Part shown: in pieces, positions 10,224-22,600 of the stretch
Layout of the letters: each line of letters starts with the position of its first letter
Numbering within the stretch: position 1 is the stretch's first letter
NCBI GenBank assembly: GCA_051294375.1
Contig: CM119271.1
Coordinates: 7,869,649 to 7,933,648, forward strand
DNA length: 64,000 nt
Source: Paraspadella gotoi
Lineage: Eukaryota > Animalia > Chaetognatha
Reading direction: 5' to 3'
Translations under genes and position numbers: made by a program
The notes under the pieces: model-generated
The model's input: only the letters and a program-made list of their open reading frames with translations
Databases searched by the model: none
What the model was told of the DNA's origin: nothing

Positions 10224-12917
10224 AATTTTTAATAATTAATAAATCAGAACTTTTACTGGAACATTTCAATTTTCAAGCAACAATGAAAAATTGTTTTTAT
10301 TTAGCACTAATACTAAAAAATTAAATACAAATAAGGGAAAAATGTTTGTATTTGGTAAAAATATTGGTTCATTTCATTTCTTCTTTTGGATTCCAAACCA
10401 CTTTATTCAATTTTTAATACATGATTTTTCTTTTGAGGAGCCTGGTCAGTGTAATACTTCTGAGCTTGGACATTGCAATCGCCTACTATTATCTATAAAT
10501 AGTTCAATTACCTAATGTTTTATATTTGGCCCTTTATTTTAATTTTAGACTAGATATAGAGTCGGAATCTGCTGATGACCAGATCCACTACAAATTTAAG
10601 AATTTGTTCACTTATTTTATTGACGATTTTAGTTTATACAAGAAAGTTAAGAAAGCTAAGCTAAGTTTTTTGATCAATTAAAAATATGGAAAAGATGAAC
10701 AAGTTAAAAGGGTAAAATCAATGAGTTTAATTTTGATTATATAAATTAAAAAATAAAATAAAATATAAACCACTAACGCTGATTAATAAGTTTAACATCC
10801 GCTGGTTTTCGAGAGACATTAATTTCTCTCTCGCGCTAGTTCTCACAATAAAAATAATCATTATATCTTCGCATTCAATAATTTTCTTGGCGGAGAGGCA
10901 CGAACTTGGACTTGCCCAGTCGTCGAGTCCTACAGCATAACATTCCTGTTATAAATTTTATTACTAATTGCAAGCTCCTCAATGATCATATCTTGCTGAT
11001 GTGGTGCTTATTCTACTGTAAATTAACGAAGGGATATTTTTTTTGTATTTTTAAATGCTTTGACATTATTAAAAGTTACCTGCTGAAGACCATTTCATAT
11101 CTTTAAAAAACCTTTATCCTTTGCTGTAAGTAAATTCTGAGTGGTAGCCAAATGGTAAATTTCCATTTTATAGTGATGCTTACGTTGGCCTCCATGTACG
11201 CCTCTTCAGTTCTTTAATCCTTTAAAAAAATCTCACATAAAAACATATTTAATTCAAAATATTAAAACTATACTTGCTTGTTACAAAAACCATAAGCTTT
11301 TGGCCAATAGTTATCATGTAATTCATAGTTTAAAGGACAGATAGGAGGAGATGATACGATTCCTCATACGATGTGAGCATCATTGCGGTAGATATCCTCT
11401 TGCCCAGAAATGTTATCTTCAATGCATGTTTCTTTTTAAAAATCCTTAACATTGAAAACAGGTAAAAATATAGTTAATGTGACTATATTTATTAGCTGGA
11501 TCTGCTTACAGCATATCTCAGCTCTATAATTCACTTTGTCGGTCTGTTGGTCGTCACCCAATATCTTGTCGGTAAGTCATATATATCAGTAACCTGACAA
11601 AAAGACCTAAAAACAAATAAGTTTAAGCAAACAATGCTGGATCTGATCAGATAATTATTTAATTAATTAATCTGGGGATGAGCATCGTTTCTAAAATATT
11701 TAGTGTACCGATCGACAGGAAATTAAAAATATTATCTACATGCAAAATTTTATCAAAATCGGATAATCCGTTCAAAAGTTATGGCAAAAAAACGATCGCG
11801 AAAATCACTCTTCGATTCGATTAACTTTCGGTTGAAATCGAACTCGTTTCGATCCAACAAAGTTTTCTACTACGCGTAGTACTAAGCTTTAAACCGGTAA
11901 TAGCGTTAAAGCGCGATCCGGGCCTCGTAAGAAGTAATTGAATAAGCGAAGCCAGGAAAAGAGGTAATCGTTTTCAATTTGACGATAATTGATTTGACTA
12001 TGAATCAATTATTATCAAAAAAATATGCAAGAGGAGAGGCATTCAAGAACTAAAATGTAGTAGTAATGTTAAATATCTCTGAATTGATTTCATAGTACAA
12101 TGGAGTGTTTACTATCAATTACGACGCATGAATAATGGAACATAGGCTCAACTATGATATTAATGTTCCATGAGAAAGAAGGTAGAATAAAAGCCAAAGA
12201 TGGGGCCATTAATCTACTGTGGTAAATACCAAAACTCACCTGATTCTTCTGAGGAATAAATAGCAGCGTGGCTAATTTGTCTTGCTTGTTGAAGTTAGAG
12301 AGACAAAAAATTGATTCAGAGGTTTTATAATAAAATATAATAAACAAAAAAGCAAGAGAAAAAAAAAGAAAAGAGAGTGAAAGAAAAGAAAGCAAGAAAG
12401 AGGGGAAAAAAGAAAAGGATAAAAAGAAGAAAGAAAAAGAGAAGAAAGGAAAAGAGACAGAAAAAAAAGAAAGAAAAAAAAAAAAGTTGAGTAAACAATG
12501 CCGGATCTGCCACGACCATTAGCAAGTAATTTTATTTAATTAATTCAAGTTAACTAATGAATTATATATGCATCACATGACCACAACAAAGCAACAACGA
12601 TGATGGCGACAATGACAAATGCTGAATCCGATAACAAATGATTGACTTGATTGATTGATTATTGATTGAATAATTAATTAATAGATAAATAATTGCATTT
12701 ACATTTAATATAAAAAAAAATTAAGCATAATCAATTATGAAAACCGGTTTTTGTTTTTCCATTTAATCTCATTTCCACTCTGACGATTCTTATAGAAACT
12801 TGATTTCCCCTTAACTCACATCAGTCAATCGCCCCATATACTAATGAGTAATTGGCGATTAAAGCTAGGGGGGGATGGACAGACAGACATCATTTTTTTG
12901 TGCATAATTTCCATAAT

Positions 12918-13633
12918 TGAATAGCAAAGGCATTCAAAAATCTTGTATGCTTCGCTGTCCTCCAAAGCTGTTGACTTCGGACAATGGTGGGAGTTTATTG
13001 CAGACGTCGTCAAGGCTGTGTCAGATAATAGGTACAAAAAAGAGGACTATGTGTCGCGTATCGTCCCGAGTCCCAAGGAATGTCAGAGACAGAATTGTAT
13101 ATAATTAAAAATCTGACAAAAAGATTGCTCAATATGGTAAGAGTTGAGTTAGCATTTCATACGTAGAGTGGTCGTATAACACCACTCCTTTGCTCGTACG
13201 GACATGACACCTTACTGGTATTTTTTGGTCGTGAACCTCCATTGCCCCCTTTTTGCGGATGTCAAAATCGATTCTGACTTGAAAGTCGCACAGAATAATA
13301 AACCGGCAAAGCAAAAGCTAGAGCTGATGAGAAAGAGCTCGAGAGGAAAACAATACAACAAGAAAACAAAGTATAAGCCTCTTCAAGAGGGTGACCTGGT
13401 CTATGAGAGTGTTCTGATGGTCTAAGAGAGAAACTAGATCCCAAATGGTCTGGTAACTGAAGTAGTTGAGCGTAGGCTTAGTCCAAAAGGTGGTCCCGGT
13501 ATGACTTATTGGTGTGAGAGAAAGGATGGAAGTCGGTGTCGTCGTAATTATGAGCATTTAAAAAGAGTGAATGCCAAATACGAAGAGTTGATAAAGAAAC
13601 CTCTTGTTGTGGAACAACAAAAGGTCTTAGTTG
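12918..13633 (+). pseudogene. Gypsy/Ginger-type DDE integrase remnant, copy 2
   Basis: Same motifs (IAKAF.KNLVCFA.PPKLLTSDNG; LCQIIGTKKRT; QYNKKTKYKPLQEGDLVYE; KLDPKWSG) with additional indels. Confidence 0.8.
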
Positions 13634-15333
13634 ATAATTTTTGCAATTAATAAATCAGAACTTTTACTGGAACATTTCAATTTTAAGCAACAATGAAATA
13701 ATTGTTTTTATTTATTTAGCACTAATACTAAAAAATTAAATACAAATAAGGGAAAAATGTTTGTATTTGGTAAAAAACTGTTTTGGTTCATTTCATTTCT
13801 TCTTTTGGATTCCAAACCACTTTTATTCAATTTTTAATACACATGATTTTTCTTTTGAGGAGCCTGGTCAGTGTAATACTTCTGAGCTTGGACATTGCAA
13901 TCGCCTACTATTTTCATATAAATAGTTCAATTCCTAATGTTTCTATATTTGGCCCTTTATTTTAATTTTAGACTAGATTATAGAGTCGGAATCTGCTGAT
14001 GACCAGATCCGACTACAAATTTAAGAATTTGTTTCACTTATTTTATTGACTGATTTTAGTTTCATACAAGAAAGTTAAGAAAGCTAAGCTAAGTTTTTCG
14101 ATCAATTAAAAATATGGAAAAGATGAACAAGTTAAAAGGCGTAAAATAATGAGTTTAATTTTGATTATATAAAGTTAAAAAATAAAATAAATATAACCAC
14201 TAACGCTGATTAATAAGTTTAACATCCGCTGGTTTTCGAGAGACATTAATTTCTCTCTCGCGCTAGGTTCTCACAATAAAAATAATCATTATATCTTCGC
14301 ATTCAATAAATTTTCTTGGCGGAGAGGCACGACTTGGATCTTGCCCAGTGTCGAGTCCTACAGCATAACATTCCTGTTATAAATTTTATTACTAATTGCA
14401 AGCTCCTCAATGATCATATCTTGCTGATGTGGTGCTTATTCTACTGTAAATTACGAAGGGATATTTTTTATGTATTTATTAAATGCTTTGCATTTTAAAA
14501 GTTACCTGCTGAAGACCATTTCATATCTTTAAAAAACCGTTATCTTTGCTGTAAGTAAATTCTGGGTGGGAAAGGCTTCCGAGGTAGCCAGATGGTAAAT
14601 TTATTTTGTAGTGATGCTACGTTGGCCTCCATGTACGCCTCTTCAGTTCTTTAATCCTTTAAAAAAAGCTCACATAAAAACATATTTAATTCAAAATATT
14701 AAAACTATACTTGCTTGTTACAAAAACCATAAGCTTTTGGCCAATAGTTATCATGAATTCATAGTTTAAAGGACAGATAGGAGGAGATGATATGATTCCT
14801 CATACGATGTGAGCATCATTGCGGTAGATATCCTCTTGCCCAGAAATGTTATCTTCAATGCATGATTCTTTTTAAAAATCCTTAACATTGAAAACAGGTA
14901 AAAATATAGTTAATGTGACTATATTTATTGCTGGATCTGCTTACAGCATATCTCAGCTCTATAATTCACTTTGTCGGTCTGTCGGTCGTCACCCAATATC
15001 TTGTCGGTAAGTCATATATATCATCTCAGAAATTGTTATTATTAGTTTAGTTTTTAAGTTTGCTAATTTATTTTATTTTATCATGTTGTACATTGTCAAA
15101 TGTAAAGATTTTTCTCTCTCTCTCTCTCTCTCCATTTTCTCTCTCAATTTCATTTCACCAAACTTACAACTACCTTCCTGTCCTTATGTTCTCATTCGTC
15201 TCATTGCCATTGCCTGCGTCTTTGCTTTTGTCATTGCTTTTGTGTCGTCAGTAACTGACAAAAAGACCTAAAAACAAACAAGTTTAAGAAACAATGCTGG
15301 ATCTGATCAGATAATTATTTAATTAATTAATCT

Positions 15334-17044
15334 GGGGATGAGCATCGTTTCTAAAATATTTAGTGTACCATGACAGGAAATTAAAATATTATCTACATGA
15401 AAAATTTATCAAAATGATATCCGTTAAGTTATGGCAAAAACGATCAATGGATTCGATAATTTGGAAATAATTACAAAAATACTAGTAGTCTAAGCAGTAT
15501 GCTTAAAATCTGCATAAAATATTGAAACAAAATAACGCAAACATAATGATTATAGAACAACAGTAATGATGACAAGATATACAGATAAATGACGATGATA
15601 AGTACAAAAATTATCGCAGTAAAGATAATAGTAAGTGATCAAATGCAAAATGAAAAAGTATGCATAGAAAAATAGCAGTTAGAAAAATAGTATGCAAGTT
15701 GAAAAAATAGTATGCAATTGGAAAAAAATATGCATACTTAAAAATATGCATATTAAAGTATGCTTACTTTAAAAAGTATGCATATTTTGAAAAAAGGTGC
15801 ATACTTAAAAAAAGTATGCATACTTGGAAAATACATATAAGAGTATGCATACTTGGAAAAAAGTAGCATATGAAAAATAGTATGCATACTTGAAAAAATA
15901 GTATCATAGAAAATAGTATGCATACTTGTAAAAATAGTATGCAAGATGAAAAAAATAGTATGCAAGTTGGAAAAAAGTGCATACTTTGAAAAAGTATGCA
16001 TACTTAAAAAAAGTATGCATATTTTGAAAAATGCATACTTTAAAAAAGTATGCATATTTTGAAAAAGTATGCATACTTTGAAAAATATGCATACTTTTTC
16101 CAACTTGCATACTACTTTTCTCAACTTGCATATTACTTTTTTCAACTTGCATACTATTTTTTTCAACTTGCATACTACTTTTTTCAATTGCATACACTTT
16201 TTTTAACTTGCATACCACTTTTTCAACTTGCATACTACTTTTTTCAACTTGCATACCACTTTTTTAACTTGCATACCACTTTTTTCATCTTGCATACTAC
16301 TTTTTTCAACTTCATACTACTTTTTCAACTTGCATACTACTTTTTCAACTTGCATACTACTTTTTTCAACTTGCATACCACTTTTTTTAACTTGCATCAC
16401 TTTTTCAACTTGCATACTACTTTTTTCAACTTGCATACCACTTTTTTAACTTGCATACTACTTTTTTCACTTGCATACTACTTTTTTCATCTTGCATACT
16501 ACTTTTTTCAACTTCATACTATTTTTCAACTTGCATACTACTTTTTCAACTTGCATACTACTTTTTTCAACTTGCATACCACTTTTTTAACTTGCATACT
16601 ACTTTTTCACTTGCATACTCTTTTTTCATCTTGCATACTACTTTTTTCAACTTGCATATTATTTTCAACTTGCATACTACTTTTTAACTTGCATATTACT
16701 TTTTTCAATTGCATATTATTTTTTTTAAAACTACTTTTTTTTATTTGTAGAGAAGACAATAAGCTATCCGAAACCATACTGATATGTATGTTTGTTCTAT
16801 TTTACAAAAGATCTAGCAGGTTTTTTGGGAAAAGGAAAAAACGGCCTACCAGTCCATTTAAATACCATTTTTGGGCATGATAAAATGGGAATTTCGATCG
16901 CGCTTTACCTCTATTGGCTTCCAAGAAGCCCAGCTTTCGAAATATGCTCATATTGATATAGTTTTGGCCTTGACTATGCAGTTTTGAATAGAAATGAAAT
17001 ATAGAGGAATCTTGATCGGAACTTCGATTGAACGATGCGATCCC
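15334..17044. mobile_element. Nested non-autonomous TIR element, possibly Mutator-like; its left end is also present at ~11674 in duplication copy 1
   Basis: Ends GGGGATGAGCATCGTTT (15334) and GAACGATGCGATCCC (17044) are imperfect inverted repeats. TAATTAATC occurs at 15324-15332 and 17045-17053 (a 9-bp TSD-like repeat, 1 nt off on the left, in an AT-rich context). Confidence 0.5.
15654..16720. repeat. ~19-22-bp minisatellite built on TGCATACT, with a change of orientation near 16090
   Basis: The left part has aaaatagtatgcaagttg and palindromic aaaagtatgcatactt units. The right part has about 30 units of ttttttcaacttgcatactac. Confidence 0.9.
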
Positions 17045-18088
17045 TAATTAATCAATCAATCAATCAACATTGTATTACCTCATCATTGCTGTCATNNNNN
17101 NNNNNNNNNNNNNNNNNNNNCAATATCGTCGTTTTTGTTATGGTTAGTGACCTGAAGAAATTACCCAAAATTATGTCCACAGTATGAACTTTCAATAATT
17201 GTACTAACCAATCTATTTTCTTTGCCATAATTTCTTTTATAACGAGTAAGGGACTGGGTCTGTTTCTCTTTCTCTGATAAAAGTATAATTAAGTATAAAA
17301 GTAAAGTAAAGTAAAAGTAAAGTATAAAAGTATAATTACTAAATCATTTTTCAATTTTTCTCACTTGATTGGAGGTTCCATCTTGTAACGTTATACAGTT
17401 GAATCATCTTTTTCCAAAATGAATAAAAAACTTTAAAAAAAGAAAAAAATTCAGGTAAAAGAAATCTAGACTGTAAACAACTTTTTTATCCAAGTTTTTT
17501 TCTGAGTAAATCAGAGATGATGTATCCTTAATGACGTTAGCTGCTTAATTTCTGAATTAATCATTATAGGTTATTGTAAATTTTTCAGTACAAGAAAAGA
17601 AACAAACCAACTTTTCATATGGAAAAAAGCATCTCAGGGGAAAAAAATAAAATAAAGATTGAAGTTTATGTATTCAATCATCAATTCAAGCCTTTTGCTA
17701 CATTTGCGAGTATCGATATTGCAATCAATCGATGCTTTCTATGTAAAAGAATGCAAGTAAGATTGAAGGTTTTTTTTCTATTTTTGTATTTCACTTCACA
17801 AGCAAAGTTATGATCATAGAAAAAAAAGCACACTACCAATTGTTAACCATGATTCGAAGTATATAATACTAAAATCTGATTGGGCTATCTTCATTGCTTT
17901 CAGAGAGAGATCATTTGGAAGATTTTCCACTTCTGACCCTGATATCTCGAAAAGTTGACGACGAGAAAAATTTTTGATTAGTGCATCTTGTAGCCCGGGA
18001 AAAAGCGAATTAATGACCATGGACAAGACTTTTAATTTCTAAATTTTAGCGTAATGTGTTCAATAAATCGATGGATGCCGTCTTTCCC

Positions 18089-18295
18089 TTAAGGTTTAAA
18101 GATTAAAGATTAAGGTGGAGGATTATGGATCAGGTATTAAGGATTTGGGATTAAGGATTAAAGATAAAAGATTAAGGATTAAGAATTAAGGATTAAAGAT
18201 TAAAGATTAAGGTTGAGGATTAAGGATTTGGGATTAAGGATTAAGAATTAAGGATTAAGGATTAAAGATTAAGGTTGAGGATTAAAGATTAGGGA
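18089..18295. repeat. 7-bp (TTAAGGA/TTAAAGA) telomere-like tandem array with higher-order variants
   Basis: Starts at the TTAA of the large element's right end. The variant attaaggt(g/t)gag recurs three times and atttggg twice. Confidence 0.85.
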
Positions 18296-18961
18296 TAAGA
18301 AACAAGGCGCTTTCGAACAGTAGTGCCGAGGATTACTCAGTGAACAACAGAATCCATTGTGAACCGAAGATCCGATCCAATTCTTTGTGAAGATAAATTT
18401 TCGAATCAAAAGTGGAAAAGGAGAAACGACGTGAATTCTTCGTCGCGACGAGAAATCGTGAAATCGAATGTGAATTTGTGAATGGAGGAAAAGAAAAGTG
18501 AGAGCGAAGTGAGAAGAGGTGAGGAATTGTGAATGCCTGCGATATTGAGAATTCTCTTGATAAACGTGAGCGAGAAACGTGAGTGAAAGGAGGAGAGAAA
18601 ATCCTCTTTTTTTTTGTGAAGAGTGAAAAATTGAATCGCTGCTTCGTTCGTTCTGTGTTTTAAACTTAAACTTATTTAAAAGTATTGAATACTTTATTTT
18701 ATCAGTATCTTATCACTCGTGTTAAAAAGTAAACGTATCGTCAGTTTAAGCCATTGAACGAGTAGCCGACGCTTTCCAATGTATCCATACACGAAGACCA
18801 CCAAGTTCGAGGAGAAGCCATTTGCCAACCTTGATATCGGAGAAGAGAGAAGAAATAATGTAATAAAGATCTGAGAGCAAAAGAAGATAAACGAAAATAT
18901 TACGGAAAAATAGATGGAAAAAATAGAAAAAAAAAAAGATGGAAGGAAAAAAATGAATGGA

Positions 18962-19000
<39 letters not shown>

Positions 19001-19217
19001 AGGAGAAAGAGAGAGAGGAGAGAGAGAGAGAGAGAAGAGAGAGAAGAGAGAGGGAACGAGAGAAGAGGGAACGCAATGTTTTAGGATTAATGGAAAGAAA
19101 AGAAAAGAAAAGAGAAAAAGTAAGAAGGAGATAATGTCAAAATAATCCGAATATATATTCGCCGCCAGAGGGAGAACCGAAGAGACGATGATTTCGAGCG
19201 TCGCTGGCTCAACGAGA

Positions 19218-19304
<87 letters not shown>

Positions 19305-20284
19305 AACGGATAAAATTGAGTATGATAAAGAAAGAAGAACAATTTGGTCTGAGAAAGAGTATAAGATACATTCATTTTCCGTCCTCCATTTTTATTCAAT
19401 ATTTAATTAAAGATTCGAGAATTTTTTTTTTGCGATTTCATAATTTAATTTGCATGTATAGTGGAGCTTGGTGTGCCGTCTTGCGTCTCTAAGTTCGTTG
19501 GCATTCAAAGGAAGAAGAAACGATTTAGTTGGATGGGTATATATATATAATTATTATTATATATTATATATATTGATATATAGAAAGAGAGAGTGAGTGA
19601 GAAGAAAAACGAGGATTTAAAAAAGAAAAAGGGAAAGAATATTTGTATCATAATACTGTCAACCGGACGTCTTGGAGGAACAGCATACAAAACAAGATGG
19701 CCACTTGTATTTTCTTGCATCAGGCAAATACGCAAACAGCAAGCAGTGGCGCTCTCTCTCCTCTTTTCTTTTCTCTCTCGTAATTAACTGAATTTAAATT
19801 ACATTTATACTGTAAATAATGTAGACTTAATACTTTTTGTTTGGTTTGTACAATAATTGTATGTACCGCTCTGGTAAACAAAGATGTTTTGTGTAATGGT
19901 GTTAACTGTCACATTTTTGAGGCATTACAAATCAAAATCGAAAATCTCCTCCTCTCTCCGTCTGTCTCTCTCTCTCTCTCTCTCTCTTTGCTCTCTCCTC
20001 TCGTCTCTTCTCGCTCGATGGATGTCGTCTCGACGTTCATCAAGTCTCGGTCCGCCTCTCTCTCGCTCCCTACTCGATTGCGTCGACGGACTCAAATGCC
20101 ATGCTGTTGTAAGATGTGGCCGGAAAACTTAACTGTTTTACACAGTTTTAGTAATCGTATAATTTAGTAAGTTGAAGAAAAGTTATTTTTATTGAACGAT
20201 TTGAATAGGGCTGAGCACTAGGAAAAAGTTTTAATCGTGATCAAAATATATTAATTAATTAAATTAAGTAAATATTTCCAGTCT

Positions 20285-20692
20285 GAAACTTGATTTCCCG
20301 CCTAATCACACTGACTAGGGTCACACTATTCCTATCCACATACAAAATTCAAATTGGCGCAAGTCATGAATAGAGTATCAGGTGCAAGCGTAAGAGTGGC
20401 ACGACGAAAGGACGAAGATGACGGAGGAGAGGACAAGCGGAGGGACATAATTTTTTTGCATAATTCGATTTCAAATCAAGCCATAATCAAAGTCGGAATA
20501 AGTAATTCAAGTCAAACTCATTCAACTAATTTACCTGATGTAATACGTCTCCATCCCATAGAGTTTCAAATAAGGATAAGGCAGGCCAAGTCAAATCAAT
20601 TTAGTCCAAAATTTTGTCAATTTTCAAGTCAACCATTTACATTCTGACGTAGACGGGCGTCTCGACTCCATACTTCTTCACGTCATGTATAG
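20285..20692 (+). mobile_element. Helentron-associated non-autonomous element (HINE/DINE-1-like)
   Basis: ccacatacaaaatt..., then a degenerate (GGAC/AGAC) tract, then a 3' end ...gtctcgactccatacttcttcacgtcatgtata resembling the DINE-1 ATAC...GTATAA end. Confidence 0.55.
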
Positions 20693-20899
20693 AGGAAATC
20701 CACGAATCCTTCGGGAAGTCGAGCGCGCAAGTCGAGGACGACCGAGGCCGCCTATGCGACGCCGTTTTGTTTGACAGACGTCGCCGAGAGAGCGCGCCGC
20801 GGCGAGGGGGCTCGCTGAGAGGGAGGGAGAGGGAAAAGGGGGATTAGGGTTCTATGGAGTTGCGTCTCTCTCTCTCTTCTCTCTGCTCTCTCTTCTCTC

Positions 20900-20932
<33 letters not shown>

Positions 20933-21489
20933 CTCTGCTCTCTCTCTCTCTCTCTCAATATATTAGTCAAATGGTGACAAAGACAGTTCGTCGGAATTAA
21001 CCCAAACGAAATATGACGAATGCAATGCACGACAGCATGAAGTTGAGAATGAACAACGTCATGGTGACAAATTCGACCAGATGAACGACAACGCCTACGA
21101 ACAACGATGCGACGACTTGAACGACAACGAACGGTTTGACAATACAATGATACGACGACGCCGGACAAGCGCCGCCTCTCTCGAAACTCGATTAGGCCGG
21201 CGACCGACTCGAATTCGTCAGGGCGTTTGTTCGGAAGATGATAAATACAACGAGGGACGGCCGTTCTGTTGCCGTTGTCGTCGTTGTTGTTGTTGTTGTT
21301 GTTGTTGTTGTCGTTGGTTATTGTTTTCCTTTCCTCGCCATCATTTTTTATTTTCTTTTTTTTTTTTTTGGTCTTTTTCGCAATTTGTACTTTTTTTTCT
21401 TTTCTTTCTTTTTTTCTTTAGTCATTTCCCTTTGAAGAACGCGTTTTCACGTGTTCTCTCTCTCTTCTCTCTCTCTCTCTCCTTATTTT

Positions 21490-21527
<38 letters not shown>

Positions 21528-21536
21528 ATCTGCTCC

Positions 21537-21579
<43 letters not shown>

Positions 21580-21814
21580 CCTCTCTCCTCTCTCTCTTCT
21601 TCCATTCATTTGTTCCCTTTCATCTTTTTTTTTTCCTTTTGCGAATCAATAAGTTTAATGATTACGTAAAGGAAATTAGCTTGTACATAAAATGTAGTTC
21701 TGGGTTTAACTCGGCCCTTCCCGCACAATAAGACATTAAGTGCTAAACAAAGTCGATCAAACTTTTCAAGAAAATTTGCCGTTCGTTCTAAAAAAAGCAA
21801 ATCCGGTTTAAAAC

Positions 21815-21869
<55 letters not shown>

Positions 21870-22079
21870 GAGAGAGAGGGGGGAGGAAAAGAGCAGAGAG
21901 AGGGAGGAAGAGAGAGAGAGAGAGAGATCTACTAGATTCCTTCTCAAGGTTTTCAAGACGTCGCTCAATTTCTCCAGCGTCGGACGATCTCGTCAAACGG
22001 CGAAACCGGAACTCGACTTCGCGCTTTCGCGCGCTCTGAATTTTATCGGGCGCCACGGAGCGAAATCTTCGGGCGGCGT

Positions 22080-22600
22080 CGTTCGTCGGTCGGCGTTCGT
22101 CGTTCGTCGTTCAGTCGTTCGTTCGTTCGTCGTCATCTTTCGTCGTCGTTGTCCTCATCGTTCTTTGTTCGTCGTCATCGTTTGTCGTTGTCGTTCGGTC
22201 GTTATAGTTCGTCGTCATAGGTGTCGTCGTTCGTCGTCATCGTTCGTCGTCATCAGTTCGTCGTCATCGTTCGTCGTCAATCAGTTCGTCGTCATCGTCC
22301 GTCGCATCGTTCGTCGTCATCGTTCGTCGTCTCGTTCGTCCGTCATCGTTCGTCGTCATCGTTCGTCGTCATCGTTCGGTCGTCATCGTTCGGTCGTCAT
22401 CGTTCGTCGTCATCGTTCGTCCGTCATCGTTCGTCGTCATCGTTCGTCGTCATCGTTCGTCGTCATCCGTTCGTCGTCAATCGTTCGTCGTCATCGTGGT
22501 TCGTCGTCATCGTTCGTCGTCTTCGTTCAATCGTCAATGTTTCGTACGTCATCTGTTCGTCATCGTTCGTCGTCATCGGTTCGTCGTCTTTCGTCGTCGT
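22080..22600. repeat. 13-bp minisatellite (CGTTCGTCGTCAT)n
   Basis: Dozens of near-identical units. This array produces the RRHRSSSS/VVIV pseudo-ORFs. Confidence 0.9.

Larger units (their letters stand above)
8528..15600 (+). repeat. Tandem duplication, unit ~3.47 kb (8528-12000 and 12001-~15600)
   Basis: Both copies start tgaatcaattattatcaaaaaaatat and run collinearly through the HINE fragment, the integrase and ggggatgagcatcgttt. Differences are mostly small indels, plus a few larger ones (e.g. extra ~230 bp at ~15023-15250). Confidence 0.9.
7740..18088. mobile_element. Large composite DNA-transposon-like unit with ~480-bp imperfect TIRs and TTAA at both ends (Kolobok-like RR...YY termini)
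   Basis: TTAA(7736-7739)|GGGGGGATGGATCCAT... on the left and ...ATGGATGCCGTCTTTCCC|TTAA(18089-18092) on the right. 7740-~8220 aligns collinearly to the reverse complement of ~17610-18088 (shared blocks cttgtcc..atggtcatt, gggctaca.gatg, gagatat..gggtcagaagt, cagattttagt, attgattgcaa..gatactcg, agatgctttttt), roughly 70% identical by eye. Confidence 0.6.

Noticed and set aside
15753-16880. Long ORFs (FFNLHTT / QLAYYFF repeats) and a CRISPR-like appearance
   Set aside because: This is a pure tandem minisatellite with variable homopolymer lengths, no unique spacers and no cas genes, in a eukaryotic context.
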